A DNA stretch of 64,000 bases from Mizuhopecten yessoensis (lineage: Eukaryota). The stretch covers positions 482,063 through 546,062 of the forward strand of contig NW_018403664.1 of NCBI RefSeq assembly GCF_002113885.1. Direction: 5' to 3'. A model generated the notes under the pieces. It ran no database searches and was not told the DNA's origin. It saw only the letters and a list, made by a program, of their open reading frames with translations. The position numbers and the translations under genes are program-made. Below, piece after piece: positions 11,946 to 26,540 of this stretch (within the stretch, counting starts at the first letter, position 1; every line of letters begins with the position of its first letter).

Positions 11946-14900
11946 ACCTTCCAGATGAAGACGTTTCAACATGGTGAGCCACACATGGATGAATTTGATT
12001 GTTTCGTGAGCTTTCACTTCTGAGGATCTATTGTAAAATTGAAACTAGACAGTTAACATATTAAATAATGTTAGAAATGGAAACGACTATGCATATTGCA
12101 CTGGTGAAAGAAAAGACAACCGTTTTACTTTTGGGATTATTTTTATTTCATAGTATTAGCTTTGGAGAATGTAGAAATCGAACAATGCAAGGGTAAGGAC
12201 GATACTGAAATAAACAAATTAATATGTTAGAAATCATCCAATGAACATCTACTTCTGTGATACTGATGAGGATATCATTCCCGTTAATTGCACAAGACAA
12301 GTTAAATGTAATTTTTAGATGTATCATTTTACAGTTAAAGCAAAGAAAATTTACTAATTTCCAAATAATACTGTCTCAACCAATCCATTGTTTGTTGCCT
12401 ATTTATTACATACATTATAAATGAATTCAATTGTTACAAAAATCACTAACTCTGAACCAAGTTGTCAACGACAACCAAACGGTAAAATAACACAAAAGTG
12501 TAAAGCTCTAAAACAGTCAGCATGCACCTAAAGGTTGGATGTGAAAATTAAAGCAGATGGCCTAACATCAGCACTGCATCAGAAGGTAGAATAATCACCG
12601 ACTTTACTGAATGTAGGACAACGAACACCGCGTAGTTCAAAAAGCTCAAAGTCGTCCATTCAGGAGCAGTGGAAAGCTGAAGTCATTCGAAACCAGAGCG
12701 CAACAAATACTGTTCACGGGGATTAAGAAGGAAACCGCTTTAAAGTTCACGGTGAATACTTTGACGTATGTTAAAAATAAATTGTCATAATAAAGAGCTG
12801 ATTTTAATACTGATTGTCCACTGTGATATGGCACAGATCATTTACAAAAGTAATACAACGCCAGCTTTACAGAAATATATATATTTACAATACCATTACT
12901 TTCAGCTCGTTTGATTCTTTTTTTTTTTGTATCAAAATCCTTGTAATTACAAATACATCACATATTCACCCCGATCTTGTATCGTTAAAATAATAATAAG
13001 GGACATAACTCGTATAACATAATTGGCTTTGCTATACGAAGGTTAGATATTTGAATTCTATGACTTAATTTCAAAATCATCAGGGACGTAACCAGGCGTA
13101 CGCACGGACGCACGGGCTTCCACATAATTTTTTTAAGTATACTTTTAACAAGGATCACATTGTAGAACTTCATGTGATAAACTTTAACAACTCATATAAT
13201 CCTGGGCCCTCAGTGAATTCATTATCTCATTGATATTGTTTCTTTTATTGACTATTTAACGAAAATGTTCCTTGTTCATGTGGAACTAATTATTACGCAT
13301 TTGATAAAAAGTACTACAAGCCAAATATGAAAATGATAGGTATTTTATGTCTCAAACTGCACCAGAATGGGTTCCAGATTCAAAAAAAATCTCGGGGGGT
13401 GGGGGTAACCCCCCCCCCCCGGAACCCCCAAACTCAGGAGGGGGTTACCCCCCATTCGAACCCACCCCCTACTCCGCGCTTCGTATGCTTCCACATACTC
13501 ATAGTCCTGGTTACGTCCCTGATCATAATACATCCACTTTGCACATAGACTTTCACAATTTACATATTTATTTCATTGAACATTGGAAATGTTACTAGTA
13601 CATATAAACCTAGTAAGTCATATAAACCTGAATACATCTGTATAAACTCTCTAGATTAGATAATATAACAACATGAAATTTTGGATCATTTTGGTTCACA
13701 GAATGTTGGATCATTTTGGTTTACAGAAGTTTTCCAACAGCTCACATTAGGTAGAAAAAACCAAAATACTAATACTATTTGAATAAAAGAAAAATGCGCT
13801 TATATTACTCCGCGTCAATGATAAACCAATGATAAACCAATGATAAACCCCTCAACAAATGTTTTATATGATGTCTATCTTAATGGAAAGTTACAGACAC
13901 ATTACTAAAATAAACTAAATTCTTAAATTATTATTTTAGATATAATGATCTAGTTAATATATAATCTTTATTTCTATCTTAATTTCATGTCGATGTTGCC
14001 AGCTGTATGGTACATACTAGTTAATCATCTCCAATCCACGTCAATAATACAGAATACTATCATTGGTACAGTTTTACACCTAAATTTCCGTCAATGATGT
14101 CGAGTGATGAGAGTGATGCTACATTGCACCTCTTGTGTCAATTGAACAATGTCACTGATGTCATAATATTTACCACCGTGGGCAATGCCAGTATAAACCA
14201 TGCGACTTTCAACTGACATTCGTAACAGCTATTATGGCATGACCAACGTGTTGACGTTATCAGCGTTACGATGCAAGATTGAAACCTTGGATACCAACCA
14301 TACACGATTCATACACATATTTTATCTAAATACTGAATTTTATAAAATCGTTATTTTTTATGAGACTAAATGAGATTAAAATATCTGTGAAATGGTCAAG
14401 GATTCAGGGTGAATTTGTGATTTCAACAATAACTATGAATGCATATACATTGCATACTTATAGACTTAATGAAGATGTTTATATAATATAGTAATGCCCC
14501 TTTAACGCAGAAGGTCATTTCGGGTCAAACAGGGACAGACAGATACAGGGCAGATAAAACGCTGTTCAAAGTTGAACGTACTGCTTTTCGTACACACATA
14601 CTCCGACTGTGTTAGATGAGATTAGCATGTTAAAACCTTTAACATAACTAGTCGTGACTGTAGTTAACTTCCTAATCATATGATAAGTCATGTATGAGTG
14701 CGGTACAACAAGATGACCATATCTATATCAGATGTACCTATCTCTACCTGAATCCAGGCCAAGGACACACACATCCTACAGGGTGAGTACAACGTGTAAC
14801 CGATACTAATTTATACGCGTATGAATAAAGAGGAATTAATATAATGTTTACACATGTTTGCATGACTGTTTCTTCTATTTCATAACAAAGCCATTCATTT

Positions 14901-15251
14901 GCAACCGTACGTGGCCGACGTAATGGATAAAGCATGCGGTATGTACACCAATCGTTATATATTAAAACCTGTTCCGTATCATCTTTATCATTATGTTCAC
15001 TGCGCATGTAATCTTCTATTTCCTGTTCCGGTCATAATTGTCATTTTGTTCCAGTCTATTCTGTCGTCAGTGTTCTGAAGATTGTAACTTTATACAATGT
15101 ATATGATTAGCCAACTTTTGATAAAGTTACTCCCGGTATGATTCAATAATAAAACACCTGTAAACATACAGACTCAATTATCAAGGACAACAGCGGACTA
15201 TCATTAAAAGACATGAAAAACAAATACACCAAGAGCACACTTAATAAACAA

Positions 15252-17810
15252 AACTGGTCAGGATATCTCCTGTGAAATTAACTGGTCATGATATCTCCTG
15301 TACAATTAACTGGTTATGATATCTCCTGTAAAATTAACTGGTTATGATATCTCCTGTACAATTAACTGGTCATGATATCTCCTGTACAATTCATGCTATC
15401 TCCTGTACAATTAACTAGTCATGATATATCCTGTACAGTTTACTATACATGCTATCTCCTGTACAATTAACTGGTCATGATACTGGTCATGATATCTCCT
15501 GTACAATTAACTGGTCATGATACTGGTCATGATATCTCCTGTACAATTAACTGGTCATGATATTTCCTGTACAATTAACTGGTCATGATATGTCCTGTAA
15601 AATTAACTGGTCATGATATCGCCTGTACAATTAACTGGTCACGATATCTCCTGTACAATTAACTGGTCATGATATCGCCTGTACAATTAACTGGTCACGA
15701 TATTTCCTGTACAATTAACTGGTCATCATATCTCCTGTAAAATTAACTGGTCACGATATCTCCTGTACAATTAACTGGTTATGATATCTCCTGTATAATT
15801 AACTGGTCATGATATCTCCTGTCAATTAACTGGTCATGATATCTCCTGTACAATTAACTGGTCATGATATCTCCTGTGAAAATAACTGGTCATTATATCT
15901 CCTGTACAATTAACTGGTCATGCTATCTCCTGTAAAATAAACTGGTCATGATATCTCCTGTAAAATTAACTGGTCATCATATCTTCTGTAAAATTAACTG
16001 GTCATGATATCTCCTGTACAATTAACTGGTCATGCTATCTCCTGTACAATTAACTGGTCATGATATCTCCTATACAATTTACTGGTCATGCTATCTCCTG
16101 TACAATTAACTAGTCATGAAATATCCTGTACAGTTTACTATACATGCTATCTCCTGTAAAATTAACTGGTCATGATATCTCTTGTAAAATTAACTGTTCA
16201 TATCTCCTGTACAATTAACTGGTCATGATATCTCCTGTACAATTAACTGGTCACGATATCTCCTGTAAAATTAACTGGTCATCATATCTTCTGTAAAATT
16301 AACTGGTCATGATATCTCCTATACAATTAACTGGTCATGCTATCTCCTGTACAATTAACTGGTCATGATATCTCCTGTACAATTTACTGGTCATGCTATC
16401 TCCTGTACAATTCACTAGTCATGATATATCCTGTACAGTTTACTATACATGCTATCTCCTGTAAAACTAACTGGTCATGATATCTCCTGTAAAATTAACT
16501 GGTCATGCTATTTCCTGTACAATCAACTGGTCATGATATCTCCTGTACAATTAACTGGTCACGATATCTCCTGTACAATTAACTGGTCATGCTATTTCCT
16601 GTACAATCAACTGGTCATGATATCTCCTGTACAATTAACTGGTTATGATATCTCCTGTACAATTAACTGGTCACGATATCTCCTGTAAAATAAACTGGTC
16701 ATGATATCTCCTGTAAAATTAACTGGTCATCATATCTCCTGTAAAATTAACTGGTCACGATATCTCCTATACAATTAACTGGTCATGATATCTCCTGTAC
16801 AATTAACTGGTCATGTTATCTCCTGTACAAGTAACTGGTTATGATATCTCCTGTACAATTAACTGGTCACGATATCTCCTGTACAATTAACTGGTCATGC
16901 TATTTCCTGTACAATCAACTGGTCATGATATCTCCTGTACAATTAACTGGTTATGATATCTCCTGTACAATTAACTGGTTATGATATCTCCTGTACAATT
17001 AACTGGTCACGATATCTCCTGTACAATTAACTGGTCATGATATCTCCTGTACAATTAACTGGTCATGCTATCTCCTGTACAATTAACTGGTCATTATATC
17101 TCCTGTACAATTAACTGGTCATGATATCTCCTGTAAAATTAACTGGTCATGCTATCTTCTGTACAATTAACTGATCATGCTATCTCCTGTACATTCAACC
17201 GGTCATGATATCTCCTGTACAATTAACTGGTTATGATATCTCCTGTACAATTAACTGGTCATGATATTTCCTGTACAATTAACTGGTCATGATATCTCCT
17301 ATACAATTAACTGGTCATGCTATCTTCTTTACAATTAACTGGTCATGCTATCTCCTGTACAATTAACTGGTCATTATATCTCCTGTATAATTAACTGGTC
17401 ATGACATCTCCTGTACAATTAACTGGTCATGCTATCTTCTGTACAATTAACTGGTCATGCTATCTTCTGTACAATTAACTGGTCATGCTATCTCCTGTAC
17501 ACTCAACTGGTCATGATATCTCCTGTACAATTAACTGGTCATGCTATCTCCTGTACAATTAACTGGTCATGCTTTCTTCTGTACAATTAACTGGTCATGA
17601 TATTTCCTGTACAATTAACTGGTCATGCTATCCTCTGTACAATTAACTGGTCATGATATGTCCTGTAAAATTAACTGGTCATGATATCTCCTGTACTATT
17701 AACTGGTCATGCTATCTTCTGTTCAATTAACTGGTCATGATATCTCCTGTAAAACTAACTGGTCATGATATCTCATGTTCAATTAACCGGTCATGATATC
17801 TCCTGTAAAA
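15252..17810. repeat. tandem satellite, 28-bp unit, roughly 90 copies
   Basis: Unit AATTAACTGGTCATGATATCTCCTGTAC with point variants. Confidence 0.97.
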
Positions 17811-18534
17811 TTTAGAAAAGGAATTATATCATCAACAAGATATGCCACAATGGACAAACGTTTGCTAATAAACACCAAAGAATATTATCAATCTAATGTT
17901 GACCACCGCAGCCTCTCCCTCTACCTCTCCGGAAGAAAGTTTGGTTGTGTAGTTGATTTGTCAAAAGGGCAAACCTGTTTAGGAACTCGTGATACTCAGT
18001 ACTGATCTGGAGCAGCCGTTAAATTGTGATAACAACTTTAATTACCCATGAAAAGCAGTCTTCAAAAGAATACGACAAGGATGACAGTTGGCAAAACCTG
18101 TATTAAACCACTGTCCAAACATGGGAAATATATTGAACAATCCGTGATTATGTGATATGAGTTATCATGGCATCAAAGAAAGAAGTTGTTAATTATTGAT
18201 CTGAATGGTGATTTTAACCTGTATGGAGAGTAACTTGTTCCTCTTTTATCGCATACTTAAATAGTAACTCGGACCTCTACGGAGGATGGCATTTGTTGAT
18301 TGCCCCTAATTATAGTCTTTACAATGTTAACTTACAACTGAAGAATGAATATCTGTTGACATTATTGATAATGTGGATTATTTGTCCATGTCGTCTCATG
18401 TCGTACAAAGAGTAGCTTGACCAGCAGTAGGTAGAACAAGGTAAACATTGCTAATAGAATTATCAAAAGCAAAATTAAACAAATCGATGAGAAAGGCTCA
18501 GTATCACCATGCTAGTTTTCTTGTCTTATTGCAG

Positions 18535-21500
18535 AATTCCAACTGGGTGACGACGGTTCCTTTGAAGTGACAGATGACGTCCTGCAAACGTTCTGGGACA
18601 AAGGTTACATACTTATCAGGCGAGTAACAGTGCTGTTTGTCAATACTTTTGTATCTAGTAAATATGGGCTAAGATACATGTTCTTCAATCGACTTTCAAT
18701 CTATGCTATCCTGATACGTCTTGTCATAAATATTTCTTGGCAGCAACACGAGCATGTTTTAAATAATCTAATTTGATTGATGTTTAGGGGGTTACTGGAC
18801 AAAGAGGAGCTGACTAAGGTCAAAGAGGTCATTGAAAGTCCTGAAGTACTTAAGTTCCAGTACGGAGTGAGTATACATCCTACAAACCCAGTTTTATACA
18901 AGAGATGGTCGACTTATCTATGCTTGAGTTGTTTTGAACTTTATTAATATCATTCTAAAATGGCTTACTGGTTACATTGCTAACTTGATCTTGGTACTAG
19001 CTTACTCGCAGATTTAACTACTTACTTATCTGTACCATTACTTATTTGTTATTATCATGATTGCTTTCACTAAGTCCTCGTTCTCATTGCCTTCATATTG
19101 TTCTCAGTAATACTTTCATTTCATTTCATCACATTTTATTGAGTAAACAATAGGATTGAACAGCAGGCTAGGCCTATATAAGTTCTCTCCTTAGGTTGAC
19201 ATGACAAAGACAAAGATGAATGAAATGGTTTGTAAGAAAATATTGATGCAAATTATATATAATAAGTAGCATATATCCCCAGTCTGTATATAGCAGATGG
19301 TATAGGGGAGATAATTCCATGTATGTTTCAATTACATATAAATATTTAACTGATATTTTTAGCTATACAATGCTCTTATTAAAAAGTCAATCATAATGAA
19401 TTAGTAAAAGGAAAGCAATGCCCTAATGATATGTTAAACAGAGAAATTGCTACAATTGTAAATTATTTTGCAAGTCATTAATGCCCCCTGTTCATACTCT
19501 GCTGCTGTTGCATGAAGTAGTTAAAAGTATAGAACCATTTAGTATCAATATATATCAATGGTAGGAGTGATAAAAAGTAAGGGATACAACAACATCAAAA
19601 TATAAAAAATAAAATGAGGCAATTCAGCTAGAAGATTTTGAAATTGTAGTGTATGTGTAAGATGTATTGCCAGTGTTCTATGTGTAAATCTTTCATCCCA
19701 TCGAGTTTCAGACAAAATGTCACTAACGGCCTCTAACGTTCACAAATCATCAACTCGAGAAGAATCCAGATTCGACCACAGAACACTAAGCAAAACTTAG
19801 CACAATTATGTTTTACTTGATTGCACCCATCAGTAAAAACAGCACCCAAAGCTGAATCCTTTAGGTGTATAGTATAAACATCAATGTAGATATAACAAGC
19901 AGTAGAATCACATAATGGTTTAGGGACAATACTTTATCAATTATGACTATATATAACAAAATTTATAGATTGTTTTGATTAATTAAACAAGTCTTCTTGT
20001 GTTGTATATATATTTAAGAACACTACCAAGTATAGATTTATTTTCAGTATTGTTTAACATAGTGCTTCCATTAAGAAGTGGTTTACTATCAAGATTAACC
20101 GGACACACTTCAAAAATCTCATTTATTAAAGTTTGTCTCTCATCAGTATACATTGGACATGGTAACAGATAATGGGTAGCAGTTTCATAAGCATCACCAC
20201 ACAGACAAGATGGAGACTCTTTCAATTGATCTTTGAACAGATCATAGTTCAGGTTACTCGCCTCATTTCTCAGTTGACATAAGATACTTTACAACTTGTT
20301 CTCCTTTCATTTTGTAAAAAAATTGTCCTGTGCGTCATTTCTAAATAATTTCACCATGCAGAGACCCGACAAAAGCGGCAAGGAACCAAAGCTCATACTG
20401 TGGCAACATCCAGGTGAAGACGTCACAGGAATGGTGGCTCGCTGCCATAAGGTGGCAGGTACATGTGATAAGGTATATAAACATGTATTCAATGGAACAT
20501 ATTTCAAATTCCGTATTATATATCGTCTAAAAATTTATTTCTGTTAAACAAGATCAATTTGTCTAGGTTATTTACAACCTTCTGGAAATTATAAAAAGGA
20601 TATCAATTATGGTTTAACATTTGCTGCAAAATTTCTCAAATGGGACCTTATGAAGAAATCCCGAGATCTTAGTAAAACTATATATATCAACAGCAGTATT
20701 TTGAAAAAAGAAAACATTTTTATATATATTTATAAATCGTTTAATCGATTCTGTAATTTATCGTTAAAATAACTATAGGCGTTTGATTTCCATATATATG
20801 ATATCACATATACATAATATTAATACAATATATGAACAAAGTTTCAAATTATTTTAACGATCCAAATAATGTTTGTTTAGATTATGAAAAAAACTGATTT
20901 CAAATATTGTTCAACATATAATATATATCAGAGGCATTTTGATGAGAAGAAATCAGATAACACCAGTGCGAATTATGTGTTAAGTAATGCCTAATAGTGT
21001 AATCTACATGTTGAGCAGGGTTAGGGTTAAGCATTAGCATTAGCCAGATGAGTGTTCAGTATATACTTATACTTACTGACGTTTGGTGTCTGTTCACAGC
21101 TTCTTGGAGGTGAGGTTTACCATTACCATACCAAACTTGTAACCAAGGAACCCTACATTGGAGGCACATTTGAATGGCACCAGGATTATGGGTACGTTAC
21201 TAGAGACAGGGCTATTGGTACGTTACCTGATTACGTTACTGGAGACGACAGGGTTATTGGTACGTTGGCTTAATACGTTAATAGAGACAGGGCTATTGGT
21301 AAGTTACTAGAGACAGGGCTATTGGTAAGTTACTAGAGACATGACAATTGGTAAGTTACTAGAGACAGGCTATTGGTGAGTTACTCAAGACAGGGCTATT
21401 GGTAAGATACTAGAGACAGGGCTATTGGTATGTTTCTAAAGACATGATTTTTGGTAAGTTAACAGAGACAGGGCTATTGGTAAGTTGATAGAGACGGGGA

Positions 21501-24500
21501 TATTGGTTTGTTACTAAATGCAGGACTATTGGTACGTTAGCTTAATACGTTACTAGAGACAGGGCTATTGCTAAGTTACTATAGAAAGGGCTATTGGTTA
21601 GTTACTAGAGACATGACTATTGGTATGTTACTAGAAACAGGGATATTGGTAAGTTACTATAGACAGGGCTATTGGTATGTTACTAGAGACAGGGCTATTG
21701 GTATGTTACTAGAGACAGGGATATTGGTAAGTTACTAGAGACATGACAATTGGTAAGTTACTAGAGACAGGCTATTGGTAAGTTACTCTAGACAGGGCTA
21801 TTGGTAAGATACTAGAGACAGGACTATTGGTAAGTTACTAGAGACATGACTATTGGTAAGTTGCTAGAGACAGGGATATTGGTACGTTACTAGAGACAGG
21901 GCTATTGCTAAGTTACTATAGAAAGGGCTATTGGTTAGTTACTAGAGACATGACTATTGGTATGTTACTAGAAACAGGGATATTGGTAAGTTACTAGAGA
22001 CATGACTATTGGTATGTTACTAGAAACAGGGATATTGGTAAGTTACTAGAGACAGGGTTATTGGTACGTTACTAGCGACAGGGCTATTGGTAAGTTACTA
22101 AAGACAGGACTATTGGTAAGTTACTTGAGACAGGGCTATTGGTATGTTACTAGAGACAGGACTATTGGTGAGTTACTATAGACATGACCATTGGTAAGTT
22201 ACTAGAGACAGGGCTATTCGTATGTTACTAAAGACATGATTTTTGGTAAGTTTATAGAGACAGGGCTATTGGTAAGTTGATAGAGACAGGGATATTGGTA
22301 CGTTACTAGAGACAGGGCTATTGCTAAGTTACTATAGAAAGGGCTATTGGTTAGTTACTAGAGACATGACTATTGGTAAGTTGCTAGAGACAGGGATATT
22401 GGTACGTTACTAAATGCAGGACTATTGGTACGTTACTAGAGACCGGGGTATTGGTACGTTACCTAAGGACGTTACCGGAGACGACAGGGCTATTGATACG
22501 TTAGCTTAATACGTTTCTAGAGACAGGGATATTGGTAAGTTACTATGGACAGGGCTTTTGGTAAGTTACTAGAGACATGACTATTTGTAAGTTACTAGAG
22601 ACAGGCTATTGGTGAGTTACTCAAGACAGGGCTATTGGTAAGATACTAGAGACAGGGCTATTGGTATGTTTCTAAAGACATGATTTTTGGTAAGTTAACA
22701 GAGACAGGGCTATTGGTAAGTTGATAGAGACGGGGATATTGGTTTGTTACTAAATGCAGGACTATTGGTACGTTAGCTTAATACGTTACTAGAGACAGGG
22801 CTATTGCTAAGTTACTATAGAAAGGGCTATTGGTTAGTTACTAGAGACATGACTATTGGTAAGTTGCTAGAGACAGGGTTATTGGTACGTTACTAGAGAC
22901 AGGGCTATTGGTATGTTACTAAAGACATGATTTTTGGTAAGTTAACAGAGACAGGGCTATTGGTAAGTTGATAGAGACAGGGATATTGGTACGTTACTAG
23001 AGACAGGGGTATTGGTACGTTACTAGAGACAGGGCTCTTGGTAAGTTACTATAGAAAGGGCTATTGGTTAGTTACTAGAGACATGACTATTGGTAAGTTG
23101 CTAGAGACAGGGATATTGGTACGTTACTAGAGACAGGGCTATTGCTAAGTTACTATAGAAAGGGCTATTGGTTAGTTACTAGAGACATGACTATTGGTAT
23201 GTTACTAGAAACAGGGATATTGGTAAGTTACTATGGACAGGGCTTTTGGTAAGTTACTAGAGACATGACTATTTGTAAGTTACTAGAGACAGGCTATTGG
23301 TAAGTTACTCTAGACAGGGCTATTGGTAAGTTACTAAAGACAGGACTATTGGTAAGTTACTAGATACATGACTATTGGTAAGTTACTAGAGACAGGGCTA
23401 TTGGTAATTTACTAGAGACAGGACTATTGGTAAGTTACTAGATACATGACTATTGGTAAGTTACTAGAGACAGGACTATTGGTATGTTACTAGAGACAGG
23501 GATATTGGTAAGTTACTAGAGACAGGGCTATTGATATGTTACTAGAGACAGGGCTATTGGTATGTTGCTAGAGACAGGGCTATTGGTATGTTACTACAGA
23601 CAGGGCTATTGGTATGTTACTAAAGACATGATTTTTGGTAAGTTTATAGAGACAGGGCTATTGGTAAGTTGATAGAGACAGGGATATTGGTACGTTACTA
23701 AATGCAGGACTATTGGTACGTTACCTGAGTACGTTACTGGAGACGACAGGGCTATTGATACGTTAGCTTAATACGTTTCTAGAGACAGGGATATTGGTAA
23801 GTTACTAGAGACAGGGCTATTGGTAAGTTACTAGCGACATGACTATTGGTAAGTTACTAGAGATATGACTATTGGTAAGTTAATAGAGACATGACTATTG
23901 GTATGTTACCAGAGCCAGGGCTATTGGTACGTTAGCTGAAGACGTTACTAGAGAAAGGATAATGGGTAGTTTATCTGAGTACGTTACTAGACACAGGACT
24001 ATGGGCACGTTGCCTGAGTACGTTTCTAGACACAGGACTCTGGGTACGTTATCTGAGTACGTTTCTATACACAGGACTATGGGTACGTTACCTGAGTACG
24101 TTTCTAGACGCAGGACTATGGGTACGTTATCTGAGTACGTTTCTATACACAGGACTATGGGTACGTTACCTGAGTACGTTACTGGAGACGACAGGGCTAT
24201 TGATACGGTAGCTTAATACGTTTCTAGAGACAGGGATATTGGTAAGTTACTAGAGACAGGCCTATTGGTATGTTACTAGAGACAGTGCTATTGGTACGTT
24301 ACTAGAGACATGTCTATTGGGAAGTTACTAGAGACAGGACTATTGGTATATTACTAGAGACATGACTATTGGTATGTTACCAGAGCCAGGGCTATTGGTA
24401 CGTTAGCTGAATACGTTACTAGAGAAAGGATAATGGGTACTTTATCTGAGTACGTTACTAGACACAGGACTATGGGTACGTTACCTGAGTACGTTTCTAG

Positions 24501-26428
24501 ACACAGGACTATGGGTACGTTATCTGAGTACGTTACTATACACAGGACTATGGGTACGTTACATGAGTACGTTACCTGAGTACGTAACTAGACATAGGAC
24601 TATGGATACGTTACCTGAGACAGGACTAATGGTACGTTACGTAAGGTACGACAGGCTGGTAACACAGACAGTTTTATATTTTAGGGTATAACACACCGCA
24701 ATGGAAAGAAGCACCTGTTTATAATTGTTTTGGTATTGTGGAATCACAACATGATAGAAGCTGTAAGAAATCACTGTCGATGAGTTTGGAAGTGAAACGC
24801 CCATGCTTGCACATCTGTAGATACTTGTAAAGTTTAATAGTGAGCTGACAATTATAGTTATAGTGAAGGTAAATATTTTAGTATTAGGGATGCGGTGACC
24901 ATTATCATTAGGTTCGGTTAACTCTTCTAGAGTCGGATTGTTAGCTGAGAATAACTTTTATTCTGTAGGTAAATCTTACAGAGTTTGCTAGTTAGGTGAG
25001 AATGACTGTTAATCTGTAGGTAAATCTTGCAGACATTGGTTGTTAGGTTATCATAATTGTTACTGAAGGTAAATGTTCCAGACTTTAGTATTGAGAAAGA
25101 GGTGACCATTATGTTATACTGAAGGTAAATGACAGGATATGAAGTTTTCTATAACAGATACTGGTACAAGTATGGCTGTGTGTTCCCGGACATGTTTGTG
25201 AGTGTGGCAGTCGATCAGTGTAAGAAAGCCAATGGATGTCTTCAGGTACGGTTACTGATTTAATAAAATTGTAATGATTTTAACGCTGGTCACAAAATTA
25301 TTTAAATGACATTATTCTTGAAATGTTTGCGTTGTTGACGTGTTATGTGTGCTGTATAATAATCATCTGAAGACCTCGAATTCTTAAATATTATTTTGAA
25401 TTTGACTTCACATTCACATTCACATTCACATTGCGGTTGCGTCGATGAACAGAAGATTTGAAAATCGATAATAATACCTTTTCTTTCTGCATGCAATTGA
25501 AAACCTTCGAGGCAAATTAACGTTATACACAACAAAGTAGTTTTTAACGGGTAATTAGATCAGCATCACTAAAGAATGTTGTATAAAGCGTTTATGATTC
25601 GAAACAGCCGGAAAATTTCATTGAAAAACCTGGAAGGAAACGCGGTTATCACTTGTATTATTTTTGTATGATTCGTAGACCTTGGCTGAAATTCAGCCAC
25701 TTCAATATACATGTAGTCAGTGGGTAGCATTTAATGAACGAACCCTAATGATCACTTTGTGATTTGCAGTTACTGAGCGGATCTCACAAATGTGGCCGGA
25801 TTGACCATACAATCGTGGCTCACCAGACTGGGGCTGACGTGGATAGGGTCAAGGAGTTACAAGGAAGACTTCCGCGCGTGCATGCCGAACTCGACGCAGG
25901 TATACTGAGATAGAATTCCTGACTTCAGTGTGTTCAGTTCTTCATTTAAAGAAGTACCATGTTTTTGTAATTGATTTTATAAGATAAATACCGGTATGAA
26001 CAACTTCGACTGAATGTTTTTATTGTTGTGTGTTGTTTGTTTTTTGCACTACGGCAAATAACATGCATATACTTATAACATTTTACCGCCAGGTGATGCA
26101 CTATTCTTCCACTGTAACGTTCTCCATACGAGTAGTGACAACACTAGTGCCGATATCAGACGGGCGCTCATTCTAGCCTACAACCGGAAGTCAAACAACC
26201 CAGGACCGCACCAAAAACACCCAGGTTATCGTCCAATCAAACAGGTACACGTGTAGATATATCGCCTGTTGAAATATTGAAAACGTTCGTCTATATTCAG
26301 TTCTGCTGGTACTTATATCTATCTATTTGTTTACATTAATATAGGTTTCTGACGACGCTGTAAGAAGATGTACAAACATGACCGACTTCGAGGGAAAAGA
26401 TTTCTGGATAGTAGAGCCACAAATTTAA
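18535..26428 (+). CDS. PhyH-family Fe(II)/2OG dioxygenase copy A (L-proline trans-4-hydroxylase/ectoine hydroxylase-like), first exon not identified; exons 18535-18619, 18788-18866, 20362-20472, 21100-21191, 25158-25245, 25770-25899, 26093-26244, 26345-26428
   Basis: The spliced frame is open: ..[77 protein letters not shown]. The HxD..H iron triad and the Arg 11 residues after the distal His are present. Exon phases match copies B and C. Confidence 0.9.
19113..20303 (-). mobile_element. 5'-truncated LINE 3' end (CR1/L2-like) in the intron after exon 3 of copy A
   Basis: The minus-strand peptide [36 protein letters not shown] is a C-terminal CxC..H..C domain typical of LINE ORF2. It is followed by a UTR, AATAAA and a (GAAAT)n tail at about 19113-19128. 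CTTTCATTT occurs at both ends (19113 and 20304). Confidence 0.75.
21181..24640 (+). repeat. 26-bp satellite (roughly 130 copies) derived from the exon-5 end and splice donor of copy A
   Basis: The genuine junction CAGGATTATGG|GTACGTTACTAGAGA is the first unit. The consensus is CAGGGCTATTGGTAAGTTACTAGAGA. Distal variants contain CAGGACTATGGGTACGTTACC. Confidence 0.95.
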
Positions 26429-26534
26429 CAAGGTGGCTGACTGAACAAATCAGTGAAGGAGCACCTGTTCACGCACAACACTGACATATGGATTATTCCA
26501 AGTAGCATACTAATCGGACAAATGTTATGTGAAG

Positions 26535-26540
26535 AATAAA
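26535..26540 (+). promoter_or_regulatory. candidate polyadenylation signal of copy A
   Basis: AATAAA about 107 nt after the stop codon. Confidence 0.4.

Noticed and set aside
13327-13598. Pro/Gly-rich short ORFs
   Set aside because: They arise from G/C homopolymer runs in what looks like a repeat remnant, with no coding evidence.
21015-21030. GGGTTAGGGTTA telomere-like motif
   Set aside because: Only two units, which is expected by chance.
1625-24640. Regular 26-35-bp repeats as possible CRISPR arrays
   Set aside because: Units are head-to-tail with no unique spacers, there are no cas genes, and the DNA is eukaryotic.
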